The notes beneath the pieces were generated by a model, which did no database searches, was not told the origin of the DNA, and saw only the letters and a list, made by a program, of their open reading frames with translations. From the NCBI GenBank assembly GCA_964057225.1, contig OZ059894.1, positions 8,556,001 to 8,620,000 on the forward strand: a stretch of 64,000 bases of DNA. Direction: 5' to 3'. The position numbers were made by a program, and so were the translations under genes. Of the stretch, positions 12,143 to 23,000 are shown piece after piece; the first letter of the stretch is position 1; every line of letters starts with the position of its first letter. The stretch comes from Auanema rhodensis. Its lineage: Eukaryota; Animalia; Nematoda.

Positions 12143-13201
12143 TTAATGGTTTTTTCTTGATGGTAGCCAATTTGTATCCGAAAGGTCTTCTGGTTCGTCA
12201 TAAGAGTCTTCATCGTTGTTGTTTCCGTTGATAACCTCTATGATTTCGATATCGCTGTCATCGTCTGAGCTGTCTGTATGTGTACTGGGCTTATGTGCGA
12301 TTCCGTCATCTGTTTCTCGATTAAATAATTTGAGATTGTCCTTGTGAACGTCTTGGATCTTTCCGAAAAGGTTTTTGATTTGAACCATGTTTCCCTTCAC
12401 ATTAATAACTTCAAATGATCCATCATAAGCTTTCCGAAGCTTTTGTCCTGGCTTGTGCATTTTCACAGCTAACATAACGCAGTCTCCTTCTTGTATATCT
12501 CTTTCGTGAGTGCGTAATCGAGCATCATGTTTCTTTTTTGCTAATTCTTGATGCTTTTCCAAATTTTCTTGAATGATTGTTTTCTGTTTGCTTCGGATTT
12601 TCTCAATATTTTCAATCTCCTTTGAAATTTCCTTTGGTTCAGTTGTTTCGGGGTATAAATCTTTATCCAATCTCAAACGGCTTTCTTCCCCGAATAGTAC
12701 AACGTATGGTGATATTCCTGTGGTTGCATGCGTTGTGGTGTTCAATGCAAAGGTAATTTTTGGCAAAAACATGTCCCAATCAATTGTCAATTCCCCTTGC
12801 GTGGTGTTTTGAAGGTTAATAAGTGCAGGGTCTTGATTATATTCAGGGCAGAGCTTCGATGTTAGTGCTCTAATCAGATCATTCCACGAACCAGTTGTTT
12901 TAAGCTGTTTAGGAACTTGTCTGTAAGCTTCTTCTGCTGCTTCATTTTTGAGAAGCAAAGGAAGAAGTGCTAACCTTTTAGGGATAACAAGGCCAATGGC
13001 ATTAGCAAACAAGTTGAATTTACCCGTAAAATCACGGAAGTTACGACTGCCGTCGTAAGTTGGACAGTAAGGCGAAAGTAAGGCTTGCGCGATTGTTGTT
13101 TTCCCTGCCCCAGGTAGTGAGGAAACAGCTTCCGTCATGATGTTATTCGTACGGGTAGATGGTATTTTGATCGTTCTACCTGTTATTGGTGGGGTCTCCA
13201 A
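12143..13201 (-). CDS. Gypsy Gag capsid N-terminal region fused in frame to integrase C-terminal region (352 aa)
   Basis: PTYDGSRNF...SWNDLIRAL...LQNTTQGELTI (Gag-like) joined to DWDMFLPKITFALN...YDGSFEV...VHKDNLK (IN tail, GPY/F module); TTG start, first ATG internal. Confidence 0.7.
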   Translation of the reverse strand: METPPITGRTIKIPSTRTNNIMTEAVSSLPGAGKTTIAQALLSPYCPTYDGSRNFRDFTGKFNLFANAIGLVIPKRLALLPLLLKNEAAEEAYRQVPKQLKTTGSWNDLIRALTSKLCPEYNQDPALINLQNTTQGELTIDWDMFLPKITFALNTTTHATTGISPYVVLFGEESRLRLDKDLYPETTEPKEISKEIENIEKIRSKQKTIIQENLEKHQELAKKKHDARLRTHERDIQEGDCVMLAVKMHKPGQKLRKAYDGSFEVINVKGNMVQIKNLFGKIQDVHKDNLKLFNRETDDGIAHKPSTHTDSSDDDSDIEIIEVINGNNNDEDSYDEPEDLSDTNWLPSRKNH

Positions 13202-13266
13202 AATAGGGGTTGTTTGCGTGGATGGAATAGATCTATTGGGTGCCTTAGGAAGTGAGTCTGTTGTTG

Positions 13267-13824
13267 TTAAGATGGGAGTAGAAGTTTGATGAATACTGGT
13301 ATTTGGCGCAGGCTTGGTGAGATATTAATGTTAGGGACTGATGAATATCTGCTTTTGCGCTTGGTGTTGAAAGTTTTATCTTTAGGCGAAAGGTTAAAAA
13401 GATCAGTAACAATGTTTCTAAGAGAACTAAGCCCACCCGCGCTAGAAGTTTTTGAAAGTAAAGGGGAATCGGTTGGTTCGGTTAATGAGAGAGACTGAGA
13501 AGCGTCGCTGATGTTTTGATTTTTCTTATTTTTATTACAATTAGAGGAGCATACCTTTTTAGGAGTGATCGGTGTTTGTTCCTCCACAATGATTGATAGT
13601 TCTTCTTCTATAGTAGGTACGTAGTCCGGGTCGCCTAGTTGTTCAGTAGGTGAGACAGAATCAGTAGTAGGAATAAGGAAATTATCCGGCTTCTTGTCGA
13701 CTTTCTGCTCCTCTTCTAATATAGCGACCTCTTGAGCTCGAGCTCGACTTCTGGTAAAGGGAGCTGAGTCTTGGGAATCGAAATGCGTACTTATAGGTAC
13801 GGCTGAATGGAATCTCTTAGCCAC
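13267..13824 (-). pseudogene. Probable frameshifted Gag N-terminal low-complexity segment (185 aa)
   Basis: S/T/P/E-rich open frame directly upstream of the capsid ORF, with a TRSRARA motif; no ATG start. Confidence 0.4.
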
Positions 13825-14209
13825 CTTGCTAGAACTCTTGGTTTGAAAAAACCTTGAGTGCTTGGTAACGTGTGGGATGTTGAGACGTTAAAGAATGCGG
13901 TGAATAAGGATGAGGATGTAGGCAAAATGAGAAAGGCTTTGGAGAGCGACCGGTGTCGTATCGACAACTTGTGAGAATGAGGTCGATGCCTTGGCCAATG
14001 GCGATGGATCCGCCTTCTACTGTGTGATATCGGGACTCTGGTGCTCTCCGTATTTTTCTCTGTAGTTGAAAATCTGATTCACAAAACATCTGGGGTGACC
14101 AAGCTGTTATTTTACAAAACGTTTAGTGTAATTCGTAATATTCGTTCAATTACAGCACATTTTACTGATTTGTATGCAACCATTCTCCTCATGCTGAACC
14201 ATTTTCCTC

Positions 14210-15860
14210 ATGGTCTAGGAGTATGATTCTCGCTTCGGGTGCGAGAGGTCCCGGGTTCAATTCCCGGTTCGCCCCAATTTTTTTATTTGTTATCTCAAAT
14301 CGAAGTATTATTGATTCTCATTCATAATGTATTCATCACGCTTTGTCCTTTTTTGTAAAAAAATGACTAAACAAATTAAAGAATATATTATAAATTAACA
14401 ATTTCACAAAATCTCTCCTATTTTTTGAAAATTACTTCTAAACTTTATGGCCGAATGGTCTAGGGGTATGATTCTCGCTTCGGGTGCGAGAGGTCCCGGG
14501 TTCAATTCCCGGTTCGGCCCAATTTTTTGATTTGTTAACTGAAATCGAAGAATTAATGATTCTCATTCATAATGTAATCATCAAGCTTTGTCCTTTTTTG
14601 TAAAAAAATGACTAAACAAGTTAAAGAATATATTATAAATTAACAATTTCACAAAATCTCTCTTATTTTTTGAAAATTACTTCTAAACTTTATGGCCGAA
14701 TGGTCTAGGGGTATGATTCTCGCTTCGGGTGCGAGAGGTCCCGGGTTCAATTCCCGGTTCGGCCCAATTTTTTGATTTGTTATCTCAAATCGAAGTATTA
14801 ATGATTCTCCTTCATAATGTAATCATCAAGCTTTGTCCTTTTTTGTAAAAAAATGACTAAACAAGTTAAAGAATATATTATAAATTAACAATTTCACAAA
14901 ATCTCTCTTATTTTTTGAAAATTACTTCTAAACTTTATGGCCGAATGGTCTAGGGGTATGATTCTCACTTCGGGTGCGAGAGGTCCCGGGTTCAATTCCC
15001 GGTTCGGCCCAATTTTTTGATTTGTTAACTGAAATCGAAGAATTAATGATTCTCATTCATAATGTAATCATCAAGCTTTGTCCTTTTTTGTAAAAAAATG
15101 ACTAAACAAGTTAAAGAATATATTATAAATTAACAATTTCACAAAATCTCTCTTATTTTTTGAAAATTACTTCTAAACTTTATGGCCGAATGGTCTAGGG
15201 GTATGATTCTCGCTTCGGGTGCGAGAGGTCCCGGGTTCAATTCCCGGTTCGGCCCAATTTTTTGATTTGTTAACTGAAATCGAAGAATTAATGATTCTCA
15301 TTCATAATGTAATCATCAAGCTTTGTCCTTTTTTGTAAAAAAATGACTAAACAAGTTAAAGAATATATTATAAATTAACAATTTCACAAAATCTCTCTTA
15401 TTTTTTGAAAATTACTTCTAAACTTTATGGCCGAATGGTCTAGGGGTATGATTCTCGCTTCGGGTGCGAGAGGTCCCGGGTTCAATTCCCGGTTCGGCCC
15501 AATTTTTTGATTTGTTAACTGAAATCGAAGAATTAATGATTCTGATTCATTATCTAATCATCACGCTTTGTCCTTTCTTGTAAAAAAATGACTAAACAAG
15601 TTAAAGAATATATTATAAATTAACAATTTCACAAAATCTCTCTTATTTTTTGAAAATTACTTCTAAACTTTATGGCCGAATGGTCTAGGGGTATGATTCT
15701 CGCTTCGGGTGCGAGAGGTCCCGGGTTCAATTCCCGGTTCGGCCCAATTTTTTGATTTGTTAACTGAAATCGAAGAATTAATGATTCTGATTCATTATCT
15801 AATCATCACGCTTTGTCCTTTCTTGTAAAAAAATGACTAAACAAGTTAAAGAATATATTA
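14210..15860 (+). repeat. tRNA-Pro(CGG) array block (1 5'-truncated + 6 full copies)
   Basis: Starts at 14449, 14694 ... 15674. Confidence 0.96.
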
Positions 15861-16211
15861 TGTGGCGATCTACCACAAGTGTATAGTATGGTTGGAAGTA
15901 AAACACAAATTGAATATGTAGAAAAGGGTTTATTGATGAATTAACAAGACAAGCACGGAATAAAATCACTGACTGCGAACGTTGAAAAAGTAAGACTGAT
16001 CTCTTCTCGTGGGCGGTCGTCAGCCTGAAACAAAGAGTTAGTCATGCCACATGTATAACACAACATGTGGTATGGATAAAAATTACTTAGGAAGTTACAA
16101 GAAAGAAGAAAGAGGAGAGAGAGAGAGAGAGAGAGAGGGAGAGAACAGGAGAGACAAATAAAACAATTGTTGAAGATAAAATTTATACAAACTCACTCGC
16201 TTATCGCGACA
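15861..16211 (-). repeat. BEL 3' LTR (contains GA/CT microsatellite)
   Basis: Direct repeat of 25259-25609. Confidence 0.95.
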
Positions 16212-16241
16212 CTCCCGGCAATGCGGGAATGAGAAGAAGGC

Positions 16242-16754
16242 CTACAAAGGTCTTTTACGTTTTATATCACCACAAACCACTCCATGATGCGTATCCGCCT
16301 TACATCTATAGCAGGATACCTCGCAAATCGCTGGATGTTTTTGATTCAAACATCTGATGCATAACCCCAGTTCATGAAGACGGAGAGTGCGTTCCGGTGA
16401 GGAAGGATAAATCGGACAGGCCGCAGTACGGTGCCCATCAGCTGTCGGTTTATTGCAGAATACACATGAAGCTTTAGGAGCAGTCTGAATGGTCAAATTG
16501 TCTAGTTTCAGATTTAACGAATGTTGAATATTGTCCAGTCGTTCGGATAGATGGTTCACCGCGCTAGCTAGGTGCTCGTAGAGCCTCTTTTCAAGCACAA
16601 TTAGTTGCCTCAGATTGGCAGCAGTGTTAGGTAGATGGGAATATTTTTTGAGCTCTTCCTCAAAGGAAGCATTCTCAATTATATTCGAGACAATATCTTC
16701 CATTTTCATGGAATATAGGAGAAACATGAGCTGCATCCTTATATACATGTTCAC
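16242..16754 (-). CDS. 3' accessory ORF: coiled coil plus triple zinc knuckle (nucleocapsid-like), 170 aa
   Basis: CVFC..H..C, CIRC..H..C, CYRC..HH..C motifs; basic KRKRP tail; between env and PPT. Confidence 0.75.
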   Translation of the reverse strand: MNMYIRMQLMFLLYSMKMEDIVSNIIENASFEEELKKYSHLPNTAANLRQLIVLEKRLYEHLASAVNHLSERLDNIQHSLNLKLDNLTIQTAPKASCVFCNKPTADGHRTAACPIYPSSPERTLRLHELGLCIRCLNQKHPAICEVSCYRCKADTHHGVVCGDIKRKRPL

Positions 16755-17050
16755 ATCTGGACTTTAAACGCTGATTAACATCTATTAGTTTATTGTACAA
16801 TGGTGTGTTTAGGTTATCTTGTTACAGATACAATGAATTTTAGAGCCTGTACAAAAGGTTATGTGTTATGTAACTGAGTTGGATAAAAGAAACTTGATAC
16901 TACCATAAATTGAAAAGAAAGAAAAACAATGATATTGTTTTATTACAATGGTTATATTCGTACATAATGCTTTCTTTTTCCTTTGTTTCATTATTATTTC
17001 AATTTTTAATTTTAAATTTAATCTCCACAAGAAATTCTTCTCTTATGCTT

Positions 17051-20000
17051 TTAAAACCTTTGATCCCGAAATAAGGCTTTTGATTTTATCCACAGTGTGA
17101 ATATCCTGGTAGCTATCCATTGTGTGGTTAAGACTGTATTCAAAACTACACAGTACATTATGGGTGTACATGCCACATATCCTATGGTGGCGGTTATTGC
17201 AACGCCTATCAATATGATTCCCAACTTTGATAAAATTAACTTGAAGATTGGAGCGAAGTCAATGGATTTGGATTCTGTACCCTTACTTGAGTCACTTTCG
17301 TTTATTTCATCTATGCTTGCTATGTGATGTAATATTCCTTTAATAATGATCTTAATTTTTTTATTGTCGCATGTGGTATAGCATAATTCATCAATCTGAG
17401 AATTTTCTCTTTTCATTGTTACTTTTGTGATTGCTACTTTTGGAGAGCATTTTATCATGAATACTTCTTTTTGACATTCGATAGAAATCCATGTTTCTTC
17501 TGCCGTAAGGCATTGGAATTCTGCGAATGCACCCTGCCCGCAGGAGTAGCAACCTGATAGTTTTGTCAGGGCAGGTGCGCAAGGCAAATTGTTGGAGAAA
17601 ATCACTGAGTTTAAGAATAGGGATGAATCGACCGTAACTAAATTTTCGTCTAAATTCGTAGAGAATGATAACGTGTTATCTTTAGTTTTAAAGTTTTGGT
17701 TAGGAGATTTTATGTCTGATGTATTGGACATTTTTTCAAAAGTAGGGGTATCACACCTACATTTTATTTCATCAAATCTATTGAATGTGCAAGGGCAGAA
17801 TGAGGATACTGTACAGTTATTAAAATGTTTTAATGCGGCTTCCTCTGTTGCACATTGAATTATTCCCTTTGTGTGTATATCCGTAATGTACGTGTTTTCT
17901 TTGGAGGAAAAAAATAATTTTGTGTACATTTCTGGAGGAGGTTGTGATTGTGATAACGTTGTTATATTGAAAAGTTGTTCACGATTTTTCGTGTAAGGTT
18001 GTAGAGTGATATTGTAATTATTTTTCTGCTGGAGTAATGTTGTTTCTATATTAAATACGGTTTGGGTGGACCAACTATCACAAGTATAGACTTCGTATAC
18101 TTCCTCAGTGACGGGTATATGCTCTATTTTGTAGAAAAGGCACGGATCTGTCCAAATCATAGGACATGTGTAAAATCTTGCTGACGATGTGAAGCAACCT
18201 GATTGTGAAGGGAACGTATATGGTTGTAGTTCCTCGATTTTATTATGAAGCGAGTTAGTTTCACATGTTCCGTCACACGAGCCCCGGTGACGGCATCGTA
18301 ATATGCTCAATATGTTGACGGTTGTCTGTCTAGTGAAGTATCTAGTATTCTTCTGGCAGACATGTTCAGTATATAGTTTAGTTATTTTAAATTGACCAAT
18401 TTCATGATTAGAATGCGTTATGGTAATGCATAATTGTTTTGTTCCGGGAGAAAATATGATATCTTGACTGTATTCGTGATAACAAGCTAAGTTGTCATCG
18501 CATCGTATGTTAACGAAGTGTTGAACATGAACATCGGAACATGAACTGCAGCTTCCAATACATAAAGCCAAGATGATTGCCAGTAACGATGGTAAAGATG
18601 TTTGCGACCCTCTAGTAAAGAGAGAGAATTTTGGTGGCTTTCTCGTATGGTTTAAAATAGGGTAAATATGCTTTTGAAAGGTTTCATGATCCACAATATT
18701 AGCGTCTTGTGTGTTCGTTTGTTTTAATTGCAACGTATCATTGTGGTCTTCTGTTATTTTTTGATCAGTTTCATGATCTTCTTGTTCGGAGATTGTTTTA
18801 TGTTTTAATTTCATGATGTTGAGCATGGTTTGAGTGTTTCTGGACCATGTCTTATATCTATATTGGCTGTAACCCATGCGGCATAGACAAGAGACTATGA
18901 GGGTAACTGCCATAATGGTTATTATCACTGTCCATGTTGCCATTTCTGGGGAGCAATGAGGATTCGCTATAAGTTTTGTGGTGAACATGTTAGAGTCCTT
19001 GCAACTATTGATTTCTTCGGCATACGTCGAAGTAATTATAATCGGTAATGAAAGGGCTTTCATTATGTCAGCTGCTATTTTTGGGTTTATTTTATTTTTT
19101 CTTTGGTGTGTGGCATAGGACATTTTTAGTGGGAAGGCTTTTATATTTTCCTTCTCAGTGACCTCATCTTGTTCTGTATATTTTGCTGTTTTTACTGATG
19201 ATAGCTTTGTTTTATTTTGAGGTCGATCATTTGTTGCATCCTCATTATTCTCTGTTTCTGGAGTGTATGTATTATCATGTTGAGAGTTATCTGATTCATA
19301 TGCAATATCGTAATTATGGTTGCTATCATTTATGTTATTGTTCTCATGTATTGTTTCATCTGTATGTTCTATAGGATGATCGGAGTGTATGTTGTCTAAT
19401 ACGGTATCAGTATGTGGTATTCTATCTGTTGAGCTATTATTTTCTTGGACTATGTGTGAGTTGTCTTCTATGATTTTGTTGTTGCTAGTGTTGCATCTTA
19501 TCTCTAGTGGATAGAGCTGATTGATAGATCGAGTAATTATGTTTCCATTGCTTGTTGCAACTTTTGCTGAACGTATGTTGCCATCTGAACTAGTGATTGT
19601 TTCAATGATGCGACCTAGTTTCCATGTTCCTCGTGGCAACATGTCGTTTTGTATCAATACTATTTCATCTGGTTGGGGGAAGATGTTTGTGTGATTCTTT
19701 CTATGGTGTTTATGCTTAAATATATCTTTTAAGCTTGTTAGATATTCTTCTTGAAATCGTTTCCAAAATTTAGATGCTGAGTCTTCTGATAATTGAAGCG
19801 CTTCTAGCGCTTGCTCTGTTGATTGAATCGTTTGAATATCGCTATGGATATCAAATATATGAGTATCCGCGTTGTTTTCAGGTAATGAAAACTTTATGGC
19901 TGATGTTAAAAAGTCAATTGGCCTTATGGGTAGAGTGTCTAAATTATCTGGGTGTGGATGGGTGAGTGGGCGTGTATTAATTATAGCTTCTATTTTTACA

Positions 20001-23000
20001 ATGGCTGTGTGTAAGTCATCCAGGGACATTCGACTAGGAATGAAACATTTTTTGAGTGAAGCTTTGGTTACACCTACTAAACGTTCCCAACATCCACCTT
20101 TCCAGGGTGATAATGGAGTGTTGTATATCCATTTAATTTTTTGTTGTGCTAGTGTGTTTAGTAAGCTTCTTTCGTTGTAATCCGATGTTTTTTCAAGGGT
20201 TTCTAATATTTTTGAGCTCAATATAAAGTTTCCTGCGCAGTCACTACGCATAATTTCTGGAGTACCTCTGCGTGATATAAATCTAGTGAATGCATTCATA
20301 AAAGCAACTGTGGATTGATTGGTGACTACCTCTAAGTGAATTGCTCTAGTTGTCATGCATGTAAACAGACAGATATGGACTTTAGACCCATTTCGAAGGG
20401 TGAAGGGGCCCATAAGATCACACCCTGTTGAAAAGAATGCTCTTGTAAGAATCGTTCTATCTTTTGGTAGCGATGGCATATCTGGTAATTCATAAGGGTG
20501 TGATTGAAATCTTTTACATGTCACACAGTTTTTCAATGTTTGCTTAATGACTCCGGTTATTTTTGGTATATAGAACTTTTGTCTGAGTTGAATAAGCGTG
20601 AAATGTTTGCCTTGATGATTATTGTCTTTGTGTATTTTGTTGATCAGTTTTTTAACTATGGGGTTTGTTTTAAGAAGGAATATAGGGTTTTTCGTCTCTT
20701 CGGGAAGAAGAGTATTTTGTAAACGGCTTCTTACGCGATAAATATCCCATGTATCTTTGAAGAATTTTAGATTTATATGTCTTTGCTGTAAGTCATCAAG
20801 GCTCATATTAGATTGACTGTTACTGATCAAAATTTTTTCAATAATGTTGATGTCTTCAACAGTGTGCGTGTCTGTTGATGTGAGATGTTTTATTTTTTGC
20901 AACTTGTTGGCGTCGTTAGGATGGACTGTGAAAAACCATTTCTTGAATAATTTCCCTACGGTTGTCATTGTTTTGATCACGTCATCATAGTTTTCACGAA
21001 TGTTCCAAATATCATGGGTTGGAGGATTGTCTATGATTATGTGGACAACATTGTGATGCTCCGATTTTAATTCTGCGTTATTCCTGCTCGAGTTGTTAGG
21101 TGAGCCGAGTGATGTCAGAGGGTTATGCACGGAAAGTTTAGTTAACCAATGTGGGCCTTCAATCCAGTCGGAAACTTGTAGTTTTTCCATGTCTGCACCT
21201 CGAGATCCGATGTCTGCTGTGTTGAACGAGGTTTGTACGTGATATAGTTCTATATTGCAACATATTTGTTCGATTTGCTTGAGCTGTTTCTTTATAGTAT
21301 TTGTTTGATTATTAATGAACAGTGGGAGAGATTTTTGTGAGACAATCCATGATAGTGCGATGTTGCTATCGCTCACAATGTTAACTTTCGCTATTTTCGG
21401 ACATATGGTGACGATAGATAATGCCATTCGTACAGCTAAACGAATGGCTAGTAACTCTAATCGTGGAATTGTAGTTTTATTTTTGGGTGCTATGCGTGAT
21501 TTCCCGTTTAGCAGAGAACTAATCTTCCCATTTGTTTGGAAATATGAACAAGCGGCCATTGCTTGGTTGCTTGCGTCAGCGAAGACCCATAACTGCGTTT
21601 CATGTTCAGAAAACTTAAAATATCTGTTCATGGTTAATTGCTTATTGTTAATCTGAGTAATATGTTGTTCCCATTGCTTGATACTGTTTGAGTCAATGGG
21701 TTGGTCCCATGATAATTTTGTGCTAATGATTTCTCGCAAGATAAGTTTGAGGGGTAACAGTATTGGTGCTGATAATCCAATGGGATCAAATATTGAATGT
21801 AACTGACTGAGTAGAATTCTCTTGGTGTAACTTGTGTGAGTCGTTGTTATTTTTATTGGGATAATGAAGGAGTCGTGTTCTTTATTAAAAGATATGCCAA
21901 GTATTTTGGTTGTCATGTTCGGATATCTGTCTTCTTCAGGAAGGTTCTGTATTACTTGTTCATCGTTTGACAAGAATTCGCGAACATGCATGTTTATTTC
22001 TGAGAATAGTGTTTGGGTTTCTTTACATTTCTTTATAGCTTCTTCGGTTGTATTTGCTGTAAGAATGATATTGTCGACGTATAAGTTGTGCAGGATTTCC
22101 ATAGCTAATGGGTTGTCTACTTTTGATTCTAAGAACCATTTTATGCCCATGTTCAATACGCTGGGGGATGCAGTGATACCGAATGGTAATCTGTTGAATC
22201 GAAGGGTTATGATATTATTGTGTGATATTGGGTATTCTTTGTTTTTTATCCAAAAGAATTTGCATAAATTCTTGTGATTTTCTGTCAATTGTACTTGTAG
22301 AAATGCGGCTTTAATATCGCATGTTATTATTATTGGTCTTGTTCTGCAGGAGATCATGATGTCGTGTATATATGTGATAAATGATCGTCCTGTGTGTATT
22401 ATCTCATTCAACGATGGGCTATCCTTCTGTTTAGCGGAGGCGTCAAAAACGATTCTGAGAGGGTTAGCCTTGCTGGGCTTCCAAACCCCATGGTGGGGCA
22501 TATAAAACTCTAAAGGCTCCTGGTGATTGTTGGGAATTTGTTCGACAATGTTATCTTTGAGGTAACTTTCAATGGTTGTAGTATAGTGTGAGAGCATTTC
22601 TGGATTGTGCAGTAACTTTCGCCATAGGGATACGAATCTATGGTACGCGGGCATTTTGTTGTTTTTGAGATTTTTGAAGTTATTTTTTAACGGGAACGGT
22701 GCAATAATACGGTTGTTCTCAATTTTTATATCTTTTGAGTATTCTTCATAGTAATCAATAGTGCGGTCTGCGTTGGCATTTTCTGTATTGATGCCGATAG
22801 AATCCAGTTCAAACAGATTAGTGAGGAGTTCTTTATGAGAGGTTTCTTTTGTTATCTCTTCTAATGTAGAGCATAATATTACTTCTTGTTGTGTATTATC
22901 ATCGGGAAGAGGAGCTTCCCCATGTATCATGTGGCCGAATACCGAGTTTTTCAATCTCATACGTGAGGGGAGTTCGGTTTCTTCGTTTAAGTGCATGAAT

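Larger units (their letters stand above)
11435..14209 (-). mobile_element. 5'-truncated non-autonomous Ty3/gypsy derivative, copy 1
   Basis: LTR R-U5 homologue ending GGAACG at 11435, gag/integrase remnant ORFs; the other end is fused inside a tRNA gene with no LTR. Confidence 0.85.

Noticed and set aside
16105-16152. GA microsatellite as an independent feature
   Set aside because: Part of the BEL LTR, present in both LTRs
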